DNA of 64,000 nt from Alphaproteobacteria bacterium (GCA_964291675.2 OZ219866.1:3328001-3392000); one strand, 5' to 3'; positions 9,622 through 20,101 are shown, counted from the first letter of the stretch. Program-made: numbers and translations. Notes: generated by a model from the letters alone, not told the origin.

Positions 9622-10827
9622 ATGACCGCGCCGGCGGCGCGCACCCTGCTCGCCGCGCTGGCGGGCGGCGGCGCGACGTCGCGCTTCGTCGGCGGCTGCG
9701 TGCGCGACACCCTCGCCGGCCGTCCCGTGCACGACATCGACATCGCCACCGAGGCGACCCCCGACCGGGCGGTGGCGCTGCTCCGGGCGCGCGGCATCCG
9801 CACGATCCCGACCGGGCTCGCCCACGGCACGCTGACCGCGCTGGTCGAGGGCGAGCTGTTCGAGGTCACCACGCTGCGCCGCGACGTGGAGACCGACGGG
9901 CGCCGCGCCGTGGTCGCCTTCACCGGCGACTGGCTGGCCGATGCCGCGCGCCGCGATTTTACCGTCAACGCGCTCTATCTCGACGCCGACGGCACGCTCT
10001 ACGACCCGACCGGCGGGCGCGCCGACCTCGAGTCCGGGCGGGTGCGCTTCGTCGGCGCGGCGCGCGAGCGGCTGGCCGAGGACGTGCTGCGGCTGCTGCG
10101 CTTCTTCCGCTTCCACGCAAGCTACGGCGCCGGCGCGCCGGACCCGGACGCGATGGCCGCCTGCACCGACTTCGCGCCGCGCCTGGCCGGCCTGTCGGGC
10201 GAGCGGGTCTGGGCCGAGCTCGGCAGGATCCTGGGCGCGCCCGATCCGGGCGGGACGCTGCGCCTGATGGACCGGGCCGGCGCGCTCGCCCCCATCGTCC
10301 CCGGCGCGACCGCCTTCGCCCGGCTCGACGGCGTCGTGGGGGTCGAGGCGGCGCTCGGCCTCGGCGCCGCGGCGATCCGCCGCCTCGCCGCCGTGCTCGA
10401 CGCCGACGAAGCGGAGACCGGCCGCCTCGCCCGGCGGCTGCGCATGTCGCGCGCCGAGGCGGCGCGGCTCGAAAAAGCCGTGGCGGCTTCCGGCGCGCTG
10501 ATCGGAGACCCCGATCCCGCCGCGTCCGGCTGCCGGCTCTACCGCTGGGGCGAGGAGGCGTTCGCCGACGCGCTCGCCATCGCCTGGGCCGGGCGCCGCG
10601 CGGACGGCGGCGACGAGGCCGGCTTCGAGCAGGCCGCCCGCGCGCTGGCCGCGTGGCGGCGCCCGGTCTTCCCCCTCGGCGGCCGGGACGCGATCGCGCT
10701 CGGCGCGCCGCCCGGGCCGGCGGTCGGAAGCCTGCTGCGCGAGGTCGAGGCGTGGTGGATCGCCGAGGGTTTCGCGCCCGGCCGCGACGCCTGCCTCGCC
10801 CGCCTCGCCGCCGCGGCGGCAAGCTGA
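9622..10827 (+). CDS. cca: CCA tRNA nucleotidyltransferase / poly(A) polymerase family
   Basis: FVGGCVRD, DIDIAT, EVTTLRRD, DAARRDFTVNAL, EDVLRLLRFFRF; start may be up to about 50 nt upstream. Confidence 0.9.
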   Translation: MTAPAARTLLAALAGGGATSRFVGGCVRDTLAGRPVHDIDIATEATPDRAVALLRARGIRTIPTGLAHGTLTALVEGELFEVTTLRRDVETDGRRAVVAFTGDWLADAARRDFTVNALYLDADGTLYDPTGGRADLESGRVRFVGAARERLAEDVLRLLRFFRFHASYGAGAPDPDAMAACTDFAPRLAGLSGERVWAELGRILGAPDPGGTLRLMDRAGALAPIVPGATAFARLDGVVGVEAALGLGAAAIRRLAAVLDADEAETGRLARRLRMSRAEAARLEKAVAASGALIGDPDPAASGCRLYRWGEEAFADALAIAWAGRRADGGDEAGFEQAARALAAWRRPVFPLGGRDAIALGAPPGPAVGSLLREVEAWWIAEGFAPGRDACLARLAAAAAS

Positions 10828-10836
10828 AGGGAAGGC

Positions 10837-12372
10837 ATGCAGACCGCGTTCGACCTTGTCTGGCTGTCCGCCGAGCGGACCCCGGACCGCATCGCCATCG
10901 TCGACGACCTCACGGACCGCTCGCTCACCTATGCGGCGCTGATCGCCGAGATCGAGAGCGTCGCCGCCGGCCTGGCCGCGCGCGGGCTGGGCGCCGGCGA
11001 CCGGGTGGCGACGGTGCTTCCCGGCAGCTTCGACCACGCCGTCCTCCTGCTCGCGTTGCAGCGCCTGGCCGCGGTGCCGATGCTGCTCAACCACCGGCTC
11101 GGCCCGGCCGACATCGCCGCGCTCGCCGCCCACGGCGAGGCGCGGGCCGCAATCGTCGGGCCCGACCGGGCGCTCGCCGCCGCCGCCGCGGATGCGCTCC
11201 CCGACGGCGCGCCGGTACTCGCCCCGGCAGACTTGGCCGCCTGCCGGGGCGATCCGGCGCGGCTGGGCGAGCCGCCGCGCCCCGGCCGCGAGGACCCCGC
11301 CTTCGTGTTCTACACCTCGGGCACCACCGGCCTGCCCAAGGGCGTGGTGCTCGCCCAGCGCACCACCGAGCACCGCGTCCTCTGGCTCTCCACCCAGGCC
11401 GGTCTGCGCCATGGCGGGCACAACCGGACGCTCGGCTTCATGCCGCTCAGCCACGCCATCGGCTTCTACGGCGTGTTCCTGGTCACCCTCGCCTTCGGCG
11501 GCACCTATTACGCGATGACCAGCTTCGATCCGGCGGCGGCGGTCGAGATGACCGAGCGCCACGCGATCACCTACATGTTCGCGGTGCCGACGCTCTATCA
11601 CGCGATGACCCGGGCGCCCGGCTACGCGCCCGAGCGGATGCGCTCGCTGGAGCTGGTGCTGTTCGGCGGCGGGGTGATCGAGCCTGCGCTGATCCGCCAC
11701 ATCGACCGGCACTGGCCGGCGGCGATCCGCCACATCTACGGCACCACCGAGACCATGTGCTCGCTCTACAACCCCGACCCGGTGGACCGCCCGGCCTCGC
11801 TCCGCCCCGGCTTCTATTCGCGCACCAGGGCGGTCCGGCTCGGCGGCGGCCCCGACGACGCGGTGGGTCCCGGCGAGGAGGGCGAGCTGATCATCGACGC
11901 CAGCGCGGATGCGACCTTCTCGGGCTATCTCAACCGGCCCGAGGCGACGGCCGAGAAGCTGCGCGGCGGCTGGTACTATTCGGGCGACATCGTCGAGGTC
12001 GAGGCCGACGGCGATCTCAGGCTGCGCGGGCGGGTCGACGACGTGATCCGCTCGGGCGGCGAGAACATCCACCCCGGGGAGGTCGAGGCCGCGCTCGCCG
12101 CCCATCCCGGAATCGCCGATTGCTGCGTCATCGGCCTGCCCGATGCGCGCTGGGGCGAGGCGGTGCTCGCCTGCGTCGTCGCCGCCGGCGAAGCGCCCGC
12201 GGCGGCCGCGCTCGACGCCCATTGCCGGGCGGGCGGCCTCGCCGGGTTCAAGCGGCCCAAGGGGTATCTCTTCGTCGACGCGCTGCCGCGCAACGCGGCC
12301 AACAAGGTGCTGCGCCGCGAGCTCCGCCAGACCGCCGAGGCGGGCGCGGACGCGATCCGGCGGCCGGGCTGA
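10837..12372 (+). CDS. Aryl-CoA ligase resembling 4-chlorobenzoate:CoA ligase (FcbA)
   Basis: AMP-binding motifs FYTSGTTGLPKG, IYGTTE, GRVDDVIRSGGENIHP, LPRNAANKVLRR; STQAGLRHGGHN and PGFYSRTRAVRLGGGPDD segments recall 4-CBA ligase (from memory). Confidence 0.8.
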   Translation: MQTAFDLVWLSAERTPDRIAIVDDLTDRSLTYAALIAEIESVAAGLAARGLGAGDRVATVLPGSFDHAVLLLALQRLAAVPMLLNHRLGPADIAALAAHGEARAAIVGPDRALAAAAADALPDGAPVLAPADLAACRGDPARLGEPPRPGREDPAFVFYTSGTTGLPKGVVLAQRTTEHRVLWLSTQAGLRHGGHNRTLGFMPLSHAIGFYGVFLVTLAFGGTYYAMTSFDPAAAVEMTERHAITYMFAVPTLYHAMTRAPGYAPERMRSLELVLFGGGVIEPALIRHIDRHWPAAIRHIYGTTETMCSLYNPDPVDRPASLRPGFYSRTRAVRLGGGPDDAVGPGEEGELIIDASADATFSGYLNRPEATAEKLRGGWYYSGDIVEVEADGDLRLRGRVDDVIRSGGENIHPGEVEAALAAHPGIADCCVIGLPDARWGEAVLACVVAAGEAPAAAALDAHCRAGGLAGFKRPKGYLFVDALPRNAANKVLRRELRQTAEAGADAIRRPG

Positions 12373-12380
12373 AGCGGCCG

Positions 12381-12626
12381 CTACGCCAGTACGCGGGCGA
12401 TGGTAACGATCGCGCTCGCGATCATGCCGAGCGCGGCCACGCCCAGCGTGCCGATCAGCCAGCGCAGCATCCTGGTCTCGCGCTCGGCGATCAGCGCCTT
12501 GACCTCGGCGACCAGCGCCTTGACCGCGCCGATGTCTTCCTTGGTGGCGAGATAGTCGATGCGGGCTTCGAGGGCCCCGACCCGACTATCCAGCTCGTGC
12601 ATCCCGCCGGCCGCTGTCTGCGCCAT
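12381..12626 (-). CDS. Small coiled-coil plus C-terminal TM protein (DUF1640/CCDC90-like), copy 1
   Basis: YLATKEDI heptad segment, ETRMLRWLIG then hydrophobic tail; GGGAGAGG RBS. Confidence 0.75.
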   Translation of the reverse strand: MAQTAAGGMHELDSRVGALEARIDYLATKEDIGAVKALVAEVKALIAERETRMLRWLIGTLGVAALGMIASAIVTIARVLA

Positions 12627-12758
12627 GAAGCCTCTCCCGCACCGACTGCAACTTACTATAGATGGATATCGAGGGATATTCCACTCCGAGCGGATATCCG
12701 TTCCGCCCGCGGGCCATGACGTGGCTGGAGTGCTGTGCGAGCGCGCGCGAGCCGCCGA

Positions 12759-12983
12759 TCAGGCCAGTACGCGGGCGATGGTAACGATCGCGCTCGCGAT
12801 CATGCCGAGCGCGGCCACGCCCAGCGTGCCGACCAGCCAGCGCAGCATCCTGGTCTCCAGGTCGGCGATCAGCGCCTTGACTTCGCCGATGTCTTCCTTG
12901 GTGGCGAGATAATCCATACGGGCTTCCAGGGCCCTGACCCGGCTACCCAGCTCGTTCATCCCATCGGCTGCCGCCTGCGCCAT
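12759..12983 (-). CDS. Small coiled-coil plus TM protein, tandem paralog copy 2
   Basis: MAQAAADGMNELGSRVRALEARMDYLATKEDI...; same tail and upstream region as copy 1, 7 aa shorter. Confidence 0.75.
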   Translation of the reverse strand: MAQAAADGMNELGSRVRALEARMDYLATKEDIGEVKALIADLETRMLRWLVGTLGVAALGMIASAIVTIARVLA

Positions 12984-13132
12984 GAAAGCTCTCCCGCACC
13001 GACTGCAACCTGTTATAGGTGCATGCAGAGCGAGTTTCCACCGCGAGCCGATAAACGTCCCGCCCGCACCCCTATTGCCGGTTAACATTCCCGCCGTTTC
13101 GGCCTATGGTTGCGGCGTGCCCATGAGCGGGG

Positions 13133-13741
13133 GTGACGACGATGGCAGCGCCCAGGAGAGCCAATCCGGACCGGGTGATCGATGCGGCGCTCGCGCTGGC
13201 GGCGGAGCGGCCGTGGCGGCGGGTCACCCTGTCCGAGATCGCCGGGGAGGCCGGGGTGCGGCTCGACCAGGTCCACGGCCTGTTCCGCAGCAAGGCCGCG
13301 ATCCTCGATGCGTTCACCGCGCGGATCGACGCCCAGGTGATGCGCGGCACCGACGAGGAGGCCGCCGCCGAGCCGGTGCGCGACCGCCTGTTCGACGTGC
13401 TGGCCCGGCGCTTCGAGGCGCTCCAGCCGCATCGCGCGGCGCTCGCCTCGATCGTCTGCGAGGGGCTGACGGTGCCGCGCGAGGGGTATTGCGGCACCAG
13501 GCGGCTGCTGCGCTCGATGACCTGGTCGCTGGAGACCGCCGGCGTCGGCGGCTCCGGCCCGTTCGGCGAGCTCCGGGTGCGCGGGCTGGCCGCGCTGTTC
13601 ATGTCCAGCCTGTTCGTCTTCCTGCGCGACGACTCGCCCGATCTGGCCAGGACGATGGCGCATCTCGACCGCAATTTGAGCCGCGCCGACCGGCTGATGG
13701 GGCGCCTGAACCCGAGACGGGCTCAGGCGGCGACCGCCTAG
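13133..13741 (+). CDS. TetR-like HTH protein
   Basis: IDAALALAAERPWRRVTLSEIAGEAGV..FRSKAAIL, RDRLFDVL, DDSPDLARTMAHLD. Confidence 0.85.
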   Translation: MTTMAAPRRANPDRVIDAALALAAERPWRRVTLSEIAGEAGVRLDQVHGLFRSKAAILDAFTARIDAQVMRGTDEEAAAEPVRDRLFDVLARRFEALQPHRAALASIVCEGLTVPREGYCGTRRLLRSMTWSLETAGVGGSGPFGELRVRGLAALFMSSLFVFLRDDSPDLARTMAHLDRNLSRADRLMGRLNPRRAQAATA

Positions 13742-15051
13742 ACCGGCATGCGCAGCCGGGCGCGGACGCCGCCGCCCGGCGCGGTCTCGATCCTGATGTC
13801 CCCGCCATGGCCGCGCATCACGTCGCGCGCGATGGTCAGCCCCAGCCCGGTGCCCCCGGTCGCCGGGTTGCGCGAGCCGTCGATCCGGTAGAACGGCTTG
13901 AACACGTCCTCGCGGGCGCTCTCCGGAATGCCCGGCCCGTCGTCGTCGACGACGATCTCGATCGTGTCCCGGCTGCGGCTCGCCCGCACCGAGACGCGCC
14001 CGGCGTGGCGCACCGCGTTGGAGACCACGTTGGCGAGGCAGCGCCGGAAGGCGTTGGGGCGGATCGGCACGACCAGCTCGGCAGGCGCGCGGAACTCGAC
14101 CGCCACCCCGTCGCGCCGCGCGCCGGCGACCACCTCGTCGAGGATCGGCGCCACGTCGGCGGCGACCACCGCCTCGGTGCCCTCGCCGGCGGCGAAGGCG
14201 AGATATTCCTCGACCAGCGACTCCATCTCGGCGACGTCGGATTTGAGGTCGTCGACCCGCCCGCCCTCGCCGAGCAGGGCGATCTGCAGCTTGATCCGGG
14301 TCAGCGGCGTGCGCAGGTCGTGCGACACCCCGGCCAGCATCTCGGTGCGCTGCGCGATCGCCCGCCCGATCCGCGCGCGCATCAGGTTGAAGGCGGTGGT
14401 CAGGCTGCGGATCTCGGCGGCGCCGGACGGGCTCACGTCGGGCACCTCGCGGCCCTTGCCGAATTCGTCCACCGCGACGGCGAGCCGGCGGATCGGCCGC
14501 ACCTGGTTGCGCATGAACAGAACCGCGATGACGATCATCACCAGCGAGGTGCCGATCAGCCAGGCGAGGAACAGATAGGTCGTCTCCTCGAACAGGCGGC
14601 GCTTCTCGACGAACACGTCGAGCACGCCGTCGGCGAGCTGCACCTTGACGCGGATCCAGTCGCCGTAGCCCGCGGTCTCCATGTGGTAGGGCCGGCCGAG
14701 CTGGTAGTCGAGCGCCTGCGACAGGCGGCGGTCGCGGATGCCCTCGCCGATCCGCGGCCCCGGACCGGCCAGCGCGGCGCCCCGGGCGAAGCTCGCGCGC
14801 AGCCCCGCGGTGCGCGCGCCGCGCAGCACGACCTCGCGGCTCGCCGCGCCCGGAAACGCCCGCATCCCCTCGATCACCAGCGCGATGTCGCCCGCCACCG
14901 TGGCGACCAGGCGCTTGGTCACGATGTCCCAGTGGCGGTCGTAGAACGCCCAGGTCGCCACCGCCTGAACGACGATCATCGGCACGACCAGGATGGTCAC
15001 CGACCGTCCGATCAGGGTCTTGGGCGCCAGACGCTTGAGGAAGCCCGGCAT
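13738..15051 (-). CDS. EnvZ-like sensor histidine kinase
   Basis: Two TMs, HAMP, H-box GVSHDLRTPLTR, N-box NVVSNA, DDDGPGIP, GGTGLGL. Confidence 0.95.
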   Translation of the reverse strand: MPGFLKRLAPKTLIGRSVTILVVPMIVVQAVATWAFYDRHWDIVTKRLVATVAGDIALVIEGMRAFPGAASREVVLRGARTAGLRASFARGAALAGPGPRIGEGIRDRRLSQALDYQLGRPYHMETAGYGDWIRVKVQLADGVLDVFVEKRRLFEETTYLFLAWLIGTSLVMIVIAVLFMRNQVRPIRRLAVAVDEFGKGREVPDVSPSGAAEIRSLTTAFNLMRARIGRAIAQRTEMLAGVSHDLRTPLTRIKLQIALLGEGGRVDDLKSDVAEMESLVEEYLAFAAGEGTEAVVAADVAPILDEVVAGARRDGVAVEFRAPAELVVPIRPNAFRRCLANVVSNAVRHAGRVSVRASRSRDTIEIVVDDDGPGIPESAREDVFKPFYRIDGSRNPATGGTGLGLTIARDVMRGHGGDIRIETAPGGGVRARLRMPV

Positions 15052-15056
15052 GGCGG

Positions 15057-15737
15057 TCAGTCGGGCTGCAGCACGTAGCCCTCGCCGCGCACCGTCTGCA
15101 GGTAGCGCGGGTGGCGCGGGTCGGGCTCGATCTTGCGGCGCAGCCTGGTGACCTGGACGTCGACCGTGCGCGCGCCGCCGGCGATGCCGCTCTCGGCGAT
15201 CAGCAGGCGGCGCGACAGCGTCACCCCGGGCCGCCGCGCCAGGGTGCGCAGCAGCCTCGCCTCGACCGGCGACAGGTGAACCGCGAGGTCGTTCCTGGTG
15301 AGCGCGGAACGCTCGACGTGGAAGCGGTGCTCGCCGAGGCGCACCACCGGATCCGGCACCGACCGAGGCGCGCGGCGCAGCAGGCTGGACAGGCGGAGCA
15401 CCAGCTCGCGCGGCTCGAACGGCTTGACCAGGTAGTCGTCCGCGCCGCGTTCGAGCCCGGCGATCCGGTCCTGCGGCTCGCCGCGCGCGGTCAGCAGCAG
15501 GATCGGCGTGTCCGAGACCTGCCGCAGCCAGGCGGTGAGCGAGAACCCGTCCTCGCCCGGCATCATCACGTCGAGCACAACGAGGTCGAACGCCATCGAG
15601 CGCACCCGGTCGCGCGCCTCGACCGCATCGGCGGAAGCGGTCACCCGGTAGCCGTTGGCGCCGAGATACTGGCTCAGCAGGTCGCGCAGCCTGTCGTCGT
15701 CGTCGACGACCAGCACGTGGGGGGCGTATTCCGTCAT
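15057..15737 (-). CDS. OmpR-family response regulator
   Basis: VLVVDDD, DVMMPGEDG, GADDYLVKPF, winged-helix RTVDVQVTRLRRKIE..YLQTVRGEGY. Confidence 0.95.
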   Translation of the reverse strand: MTEYAPHVLVVDDDDRLRDLLSQYLGANGYRVTASADAVEARDRVRSMAFDLVVLDVMMPGEDGFSLTAWLRQVSDTPILLLTARGEPQDRIAGLERGADDYLVKPFEPRELVLRLSSLLRRAPRSVPDPVVRLGEHRFHVERSALTRNDLAVHLSPVEARLLRTLARRPGVTLSRRLLIAESGIAGGARTVDVQVTRLRRKIEPDPRHPRYLQTVRGEGYVLQPD

Positions 15738-15771
15738 GCCGCCGCCCGGCCCGGCGCCGCGCCGCCGGGGC

Positions 15772-16464
15772 TCAGGGGCCCAGCGCCGCCGCGTCCGCCG
15801 CCATCCCGCCGAACAGCGCGAGCATGCGCCCGCGCCATTCGAGCACCGGGTCGTCGGGCGCGATGACCGCATACGGGCTGACGATGCGGATCCACTGGCA
15901 GCTGCCCATCAGGATGTAGTCCGCGTAGCCCGGCTCGTCGCCGGCGAGAAAGGGCTGGTCGGCGAGCACCGCGCGGGCCGGGGCGAGCGCCGCCCGCGCC
16001 GCCGGCAGGCGGTCCTCGCGCGCCGCGTGCAGCGCGTCCAGCGTGGTGCCGAACCGCTTCTCGCGGGTTTCCAGGAAATAGCCGCGGTCGCGCTCGTCGA
16101 TGTTGTCGTAGACGTCCCTGACCACCAGCAGGATGAGCCTGGGGTTCACCTCGCGGTCGGCCCATTCGTTGATCAGCCGCGCCATCGCCCGCTCGGCGCG
16201 GCTCGCGAACAGCGGCGGCCGGTCGGGATAGGCCTCGTCGAGATAGCACGCGATGGCCCAGGAATCGGCCACCGCCCGGTCGCCGTCGCGCAGCACCGGC
16301 ACCCGTTCCTGGCCGCTGAAGGCGATCGGCCGCTTGTCGGCGAAGCGCACCGGCACGGTGTCGAAGTCGAGCGCCTTGTGGGCCAGCGCGAAGCGGGTGC
16401 GCCAGCAATAGGGGCTGAACCTGAGATCGTCCCGTCCCACCAGCTCGTAGAGCGTGATCGCCAT
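15772..16464 (-). CDS. Glutathione S-transferase, beta-etherase (LigE)-like subfamily
   Basis: FSPYCWRTRFALAHK, VPVLRDGDRAVADSWAIACYLD, PGYADYIL. Confidence 0.85.
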   Translation of the reverse strand: MAITLYELVGRDDLRFSPYCWRTRFALAHKALDFDTVPVRFADKRPIAFSGQERVPVLRDGDRAVADSWAIACYLDEAYPDRPPLFASRAERAMARLINEWADREVNPRLILLVVRDVYDNIDERDRGYFLETREKRFGTTLDALHAAREDRLPAARAALAPARAVLADQPFLAGDEPGYADYILMGSCQWIRIVSPYAVIAPDDPVLEWRGRMLALFGGMAADAAALGP

Positions 16465-16532
16465 CTTCCCTCCCGATCGCCCGGCGCGGCTACCATGCCA
16501 CAAGCGGGTGCGATGGCAAGCCCCGGGGCCGG

Positions 16533-17270
16533 TCCTTCGATACGCCCGCCCGCGACGGGCTGCTCGGGATGAGGGGGAAGTGACAGGCGGCCCAAGCCGC
16601 GTCCCCCATCGTCACCTCCCGTCGTCACTCCCCATCGTCACTCCCCCATCGTCACCCCCCTCGTCATGCCCGGACTTGATCCGGGCATCCATGGGCGCCG
16701 CCGCCCCTCTCGTCGGACCGTCGTGCGGGCGGAGAGGCCGCGTGGATGGCCGGATCAAGTCCGGCCATGACGTAGGGGTAACAGCGGGAGCGGAGATGCA
16801 GATGCTCACGGGCGCGGAGCCCGCGTCGAAAATCTAAACCGGACAGCAGTGGACTTGATCCGGGCACCCACTGGCGCCGCCGCTCCTCCCGACGGGGCGT
16901 TGTACCGGTGGCGCCAGTGGTTGCGCGGATCAAGTCCGCGCATGGGTGGCCGGATCACCCCCGGACTTGATCCGGGGGCCGGCCATGACGGGGTGGGGGT
17001 GGCGGTGGAGGAGCACGGGAGCCGGGGGCGGCCCGCCCCGCCCGTGGGTGCCCGGAACGAGGCCGACGTGACAACGGAGGGGCAGGGACGGCAAGTGCGG
17101 GCGTGCGGCGATCCGTGTCCCGATCCGGCGGATGCGCCGATATCCCGCCCGGAACAAGGCTTTGCGCCCGGTCCAGCTCACATAAACCGGACAGCAGTGG
17201 ACTTGATCCGGCCACCCACTGGCGCCACAGCCGCGACCGACGGGCCGATGTGCCGGCGGCGGCAGTTGAT
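16533..17270. repeat. Cluster of REP-like palindromes (family A CGTCATG(C/G)CCGGACTTGATCCGG.., one family B copy) with solo IS-like ends
   Basis: Multiple inverted GTCATGCCCGGACTTGATCCGGGCATCCA / TGGCCGGATCAAGTCCGGCCATGAC arms; family B CCTTCGATACG-hairpin-CT(A/G)CTC(A/G)GGATGAGG at 16533. Confidence 0.9.
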
Positions 17271-18720
17271 GATCGTGTCCCGCCACGTGGTGTAAGAGCC
17301 CGGCGCCGATCGCGGTATCCGGCGTGTTGGGCCGGTAGGGTCAGGCTGCCACGGCGGGCGGCTTGACGGTGAGATTGTCGCTGGTCTGAGCGATGGATTC
17401 CAGTGTCATGTATCTCCTTGCAACGGCCCACTCGTCGTTCTGCTCGAGCAGGATGGCGCCGACCAGGCGGGTGACGGCGTCTTCGTTGGGGAAGATGCCG
17501 ACGACGTTGGTTCGGCGCTTGATCTCGGCATGGACCCGCTCGATGGGGTTGGTCGAGTGGAGCTTGGTTCGGTGCTCCCTGGGGAAGGTCATGTAGGCGA
17601 GGACGTCGTGCTCGGCGTCGTCCATGAGGGTGGCGAGCTTGGGCGCCTTGGGCCTGAGCTGGTCGGCGACCAGGCGCCACTGGGCGCTCGCGGCCTGGGC
17701 GTCGTCCTGGGCGAAGGCGGTGGCGACGAAGGCAGACACGACGCGCCTTCCCTGACGGCCGGCATGGGCCAGCAGGTTGCGCATGAAGTGGATGCGGCAG
17801 CGCTGCCAGGTGGCGCCGAGGATGCGGGTCGCGGCGGCCTTCAACCCCTTGTGGTCGTCGGAGATCACCAGCTTGACGCCCTTGAGCCCGCGGCCGGTCA
17901 GCGCGCGCAGGAAGGCGGTCCAGAAGGTCTCGGCCTCGGAGTGGCCGATCGCCATGCCGAGCACCTCGCGCCGGCCCTGGTCGTTGACCGCCACCGCGAC
18001 GGTCACCGCGACCGGGACGATGCGCCCGATCTCGCGCATCTTGATATAGGTCGCATCCAGCCACAGATAGGGCCACTCGCCCTCCAGCGGCCGGTCGAGG
18101 AAGCTCTCGATCTTGTCGTCGATCTCGGCGCACAGCCTGGACACCTGGCTCTTGGAGATGCCCGACATCCCCATCGCCTGCACCAGGTCGTCGACCGAGC
18201 GCGTCGACACGCCCTGGATGTAGGCCTCCTGGATCACCGCCGTGAGTGCCTTCTCGGCCATCCGGCGCGGTTCCAGGAAGCCGGGGAAGTAGCTCCCCGT
18301 CCTGAGCTTCGGGATCCTCAGCGCCACCGTGCCGGCGCGGGTCTCCCAGGCCCGCTCGCGGTAGCCGTTGCGCTGCGTGATCCGCTCCGGCGTGCGCTCG
18401 CCATGGGCGGCGCCGGTCAGCCCTTCCACCTCCAGCGCCATCAGACGCTCGGCCGAGAAGCCGATCATCTCGCGCAGCAGATCGGCGTCGGAACTCTTCT
18501 CCAAAAGCCCGCGCAGGGCCATCATGTCGTCGGTCATCGCGGTTCCTCCTCAGGTTCGGGTTGGCGTTGCACGACCCAACCCTAAACCGGAACCGCGATG
18601 GCCTCCGCTGTGGATAAGCAGCCCGCCGCCGCCAGACTCGCGGCGGTCGCGGCGGCGCGCTGCTTACCCACAGCTACAAACCAAGGCCAGAGCTCCTACA
18701 CCACGTCTGGGGACACGACC
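17271..18720 (-). mobile_element. Complete IS256-family insertion sequence
   Basis: Imperfect 28-bp TIRs GATCGTGTCCCGCCACGTGGTGTAAGAG (17271) and CTCCTACACCACGTCTGGGGACACGACC (ending 18720); 8-bp target duplication CAGTTGAT at 17263-17270 and 18721-18728. Confidence 0.95.
17341..18537 (-). CDS. IS256 family DDE transposase
   Basis: [49 protein letters not shown]. Confidence 0.97.
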   Translation of the reverse strand: MTDDMMALRGLLEKSSDADLLREMIGFSAERLMALEVEGLTGAAHGERTPERITQRNGYRERAWETRAGTVALRIPKLRTGSYFPGFLEPRRMAEKALTAVIQEAYIQGVSTRSVDDLVQAMGMSGISKSQVSRLCAEIDDKIESFLDRPLEGEWPYLWLDATYIKMREIGRIVPVAVTVAVAVNDQGRREVLGMAIGHSEAETFWTAFLRALTGRGLKGVKLVISDDHKGLKAAATRILGATWQRCRIHFMRNLLAHAGRQGRRVVSAFVATAFAQDDAQAASAQWRLVADQLRPKAPKLATLMDDAEHDVLAYMTFPREHRTKLHSTNPIERVHAEIKRRTNVVGIFPNEDAVTRLVGAILLEQNDEWAVARRYMTLESIAQTSDNLTVKPPAVAA

Positions 18721-18825
18721 CAGTTGATGCCCGGATCACCCCCGGACTTGATCCGGGGGCCGGCCATGACGGGGGAGGGCATGAGCGGGGGCCGGGGGGC
18801 GTATCGAGGCGCGCGCGCCGGCGCA

Positions 18826-18854
18826 TTGACGCGCCGCCGCGCGCTTTCTAATTT
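18826..18854 (+). promoter_or_regulatory. Putative sigma70 promoter of the serC operon
   Basis: TTGACG-17 nt-TAATTT about 60 nt upstream of the serC ATG. Confidence 0.45.
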
Positions 18855-18915
18855 CCCGGCCGGCCGCGCCCGGCGCCCGGGCACGGGCGCCGCCGGCATA
18901 TGCGAGGATCAGACG

Positions 18916-20091
18916 ATGGTATCGCCGGCCGCGCCGCGCGTCCGCCCGAACCGCCCGTTCTTCTCGTCCGGCCCGTGCGCCAAGCGGCCGGGCTGGACGC
19001 CCGACGTGCTGGCCGGCGCGCTGCTCGGGCGCTCGCACCGCGCGCCCGCCCCCAAGGCCCGGCTCGCGGAGGTCATCGAGCGCTCGCGCCGCCTGCTCGG
19101 CCTGCCCGAGGGATGGCGGCTCGGCATCGTTCCGGCCTCCGACACCGGCGCGGTCGAGATGGCGCTGTGGTCGCTGCTCGGGCCGCGCGGCGTCGACCTG
19201 CTGGCGTGGGAGAATTTCGGCGCGGGCTGGGCGAGCGACGTCGTGGACCATCTCGGGATCGCCGACGCGCGGGTGCTGTCGGCCGCCTACGGCGAGCTGC
19301 CCGACCTCGCCGCGGTCGATTTCTCGCGCGACGTGGTGTTCGCCTGGAACGGCACCACATCCGGCGTCCGCGTGCCCGACGGCGCGTGGATCGACCCCGG
19401 CCGCGAGGGGCTGGTCATCTGCGACGCCACCTCGGCGGCGTTCGCGATGGACCTCCCCTGGGACCGGCTCGACGTCGCCACCTGGTCCTGGCAGAAGGCG
19501 ATGGGCGGCGAGGCGGGGCACGGCATGATCGCGCTCGGCCCGCGCGCCGCCGACCGGCTGGCGAGCCATACCCCGCCCTGGCCGATCCCCAAGGTCTTCC
19601 GCCTCACCTCGGGCGGCGCGCTGATCGAGGGGATCTTCCGCGGCGAGACCATCAACACGCCCTCGATGCTGTGCGTCGAGGACGCGCTCGACGGGCTGCG
19701 CTGGGCCGAGGAGATCGGCGGGCTCGACGCGCTGCTGGCGCGCACCTCGGCCAACATGGCGGCGATCGAACGCTGGGTCGCGGCGACGCCGTGGATCGAC
19801 TTCCTCGCCGCGGTGCCGGCGACGCGCTCGCCGACCTCGGTCTGCCTCGGCTTCGCCGATCCCTGGTTCGCCGCCCTCGACGCCGCCGGCAAGGCCGCGG
19901 TGCCGAAGCGCATCGAGTCCATGCTGGAGGCCGAGGGCGTCGCCTGCGACATCAACGGCTACCGCTCGGCCCCACCCGGGCTCCGCATCTGGGCCGGGCC
20001 GACCGTGGAGACGGCAGACCTGGAGGCGCTGTTCGCCTGGCTGGGCTGGGCCTGGGGGCGGGTGCGCCAGGGCGAGCCGGTGGCCGCCTGA
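18916..20091 (+). CDS. serC: Phosphoserine aminotransferase (alphaproteobacterial/Methanosarcina type)
   Basis: [45 protein letters not shown] (PLP lysine). Confidence 0.95.
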   Translation: MVSPAAPRVRPNRPFFSSGPCAKRPGWTPDVLAGALLGRSHRAPAPKARLAEVIERSRRLLGLPEGWRLGIVPASDTGAVEMALWSLLGPRGVDLLAWENFGAGWASDVVDHLGIADARVLSAAYGELPDLAAVDFSRDVVFAWNGTTSGVRVPDGAWIDPGREGLVICDATSAAFAMDLPWDRLDVATWSWQKAMGGEAGHGMIALGPRAADRLASHTPPWPIPKVFRLTSGGALIEGIFRGETINTPSMLCVEDALDGLRWAEEIGGLDALLARTSANMAAIERWVAATPWIDFLAAVPATRSPTSVCLGFADPWFAALDAAGKAAVPKRIESMLEAEGVACDINGYRSAPPGLRIWAGPTVETADLEALFAWLGWAWGRVRQGEPVAA

Positions 20092-20101
20092 GACCGCGCC
20101 G

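Noticed and set aside
16612-17295. Short ORFs in REP clusters (PDLIRAS / GSSPAMT peptides; also at 44.6-45.6 kb and 48.2-49.1 kb)
   Set aside because: They are translations of the palindromic repeats.
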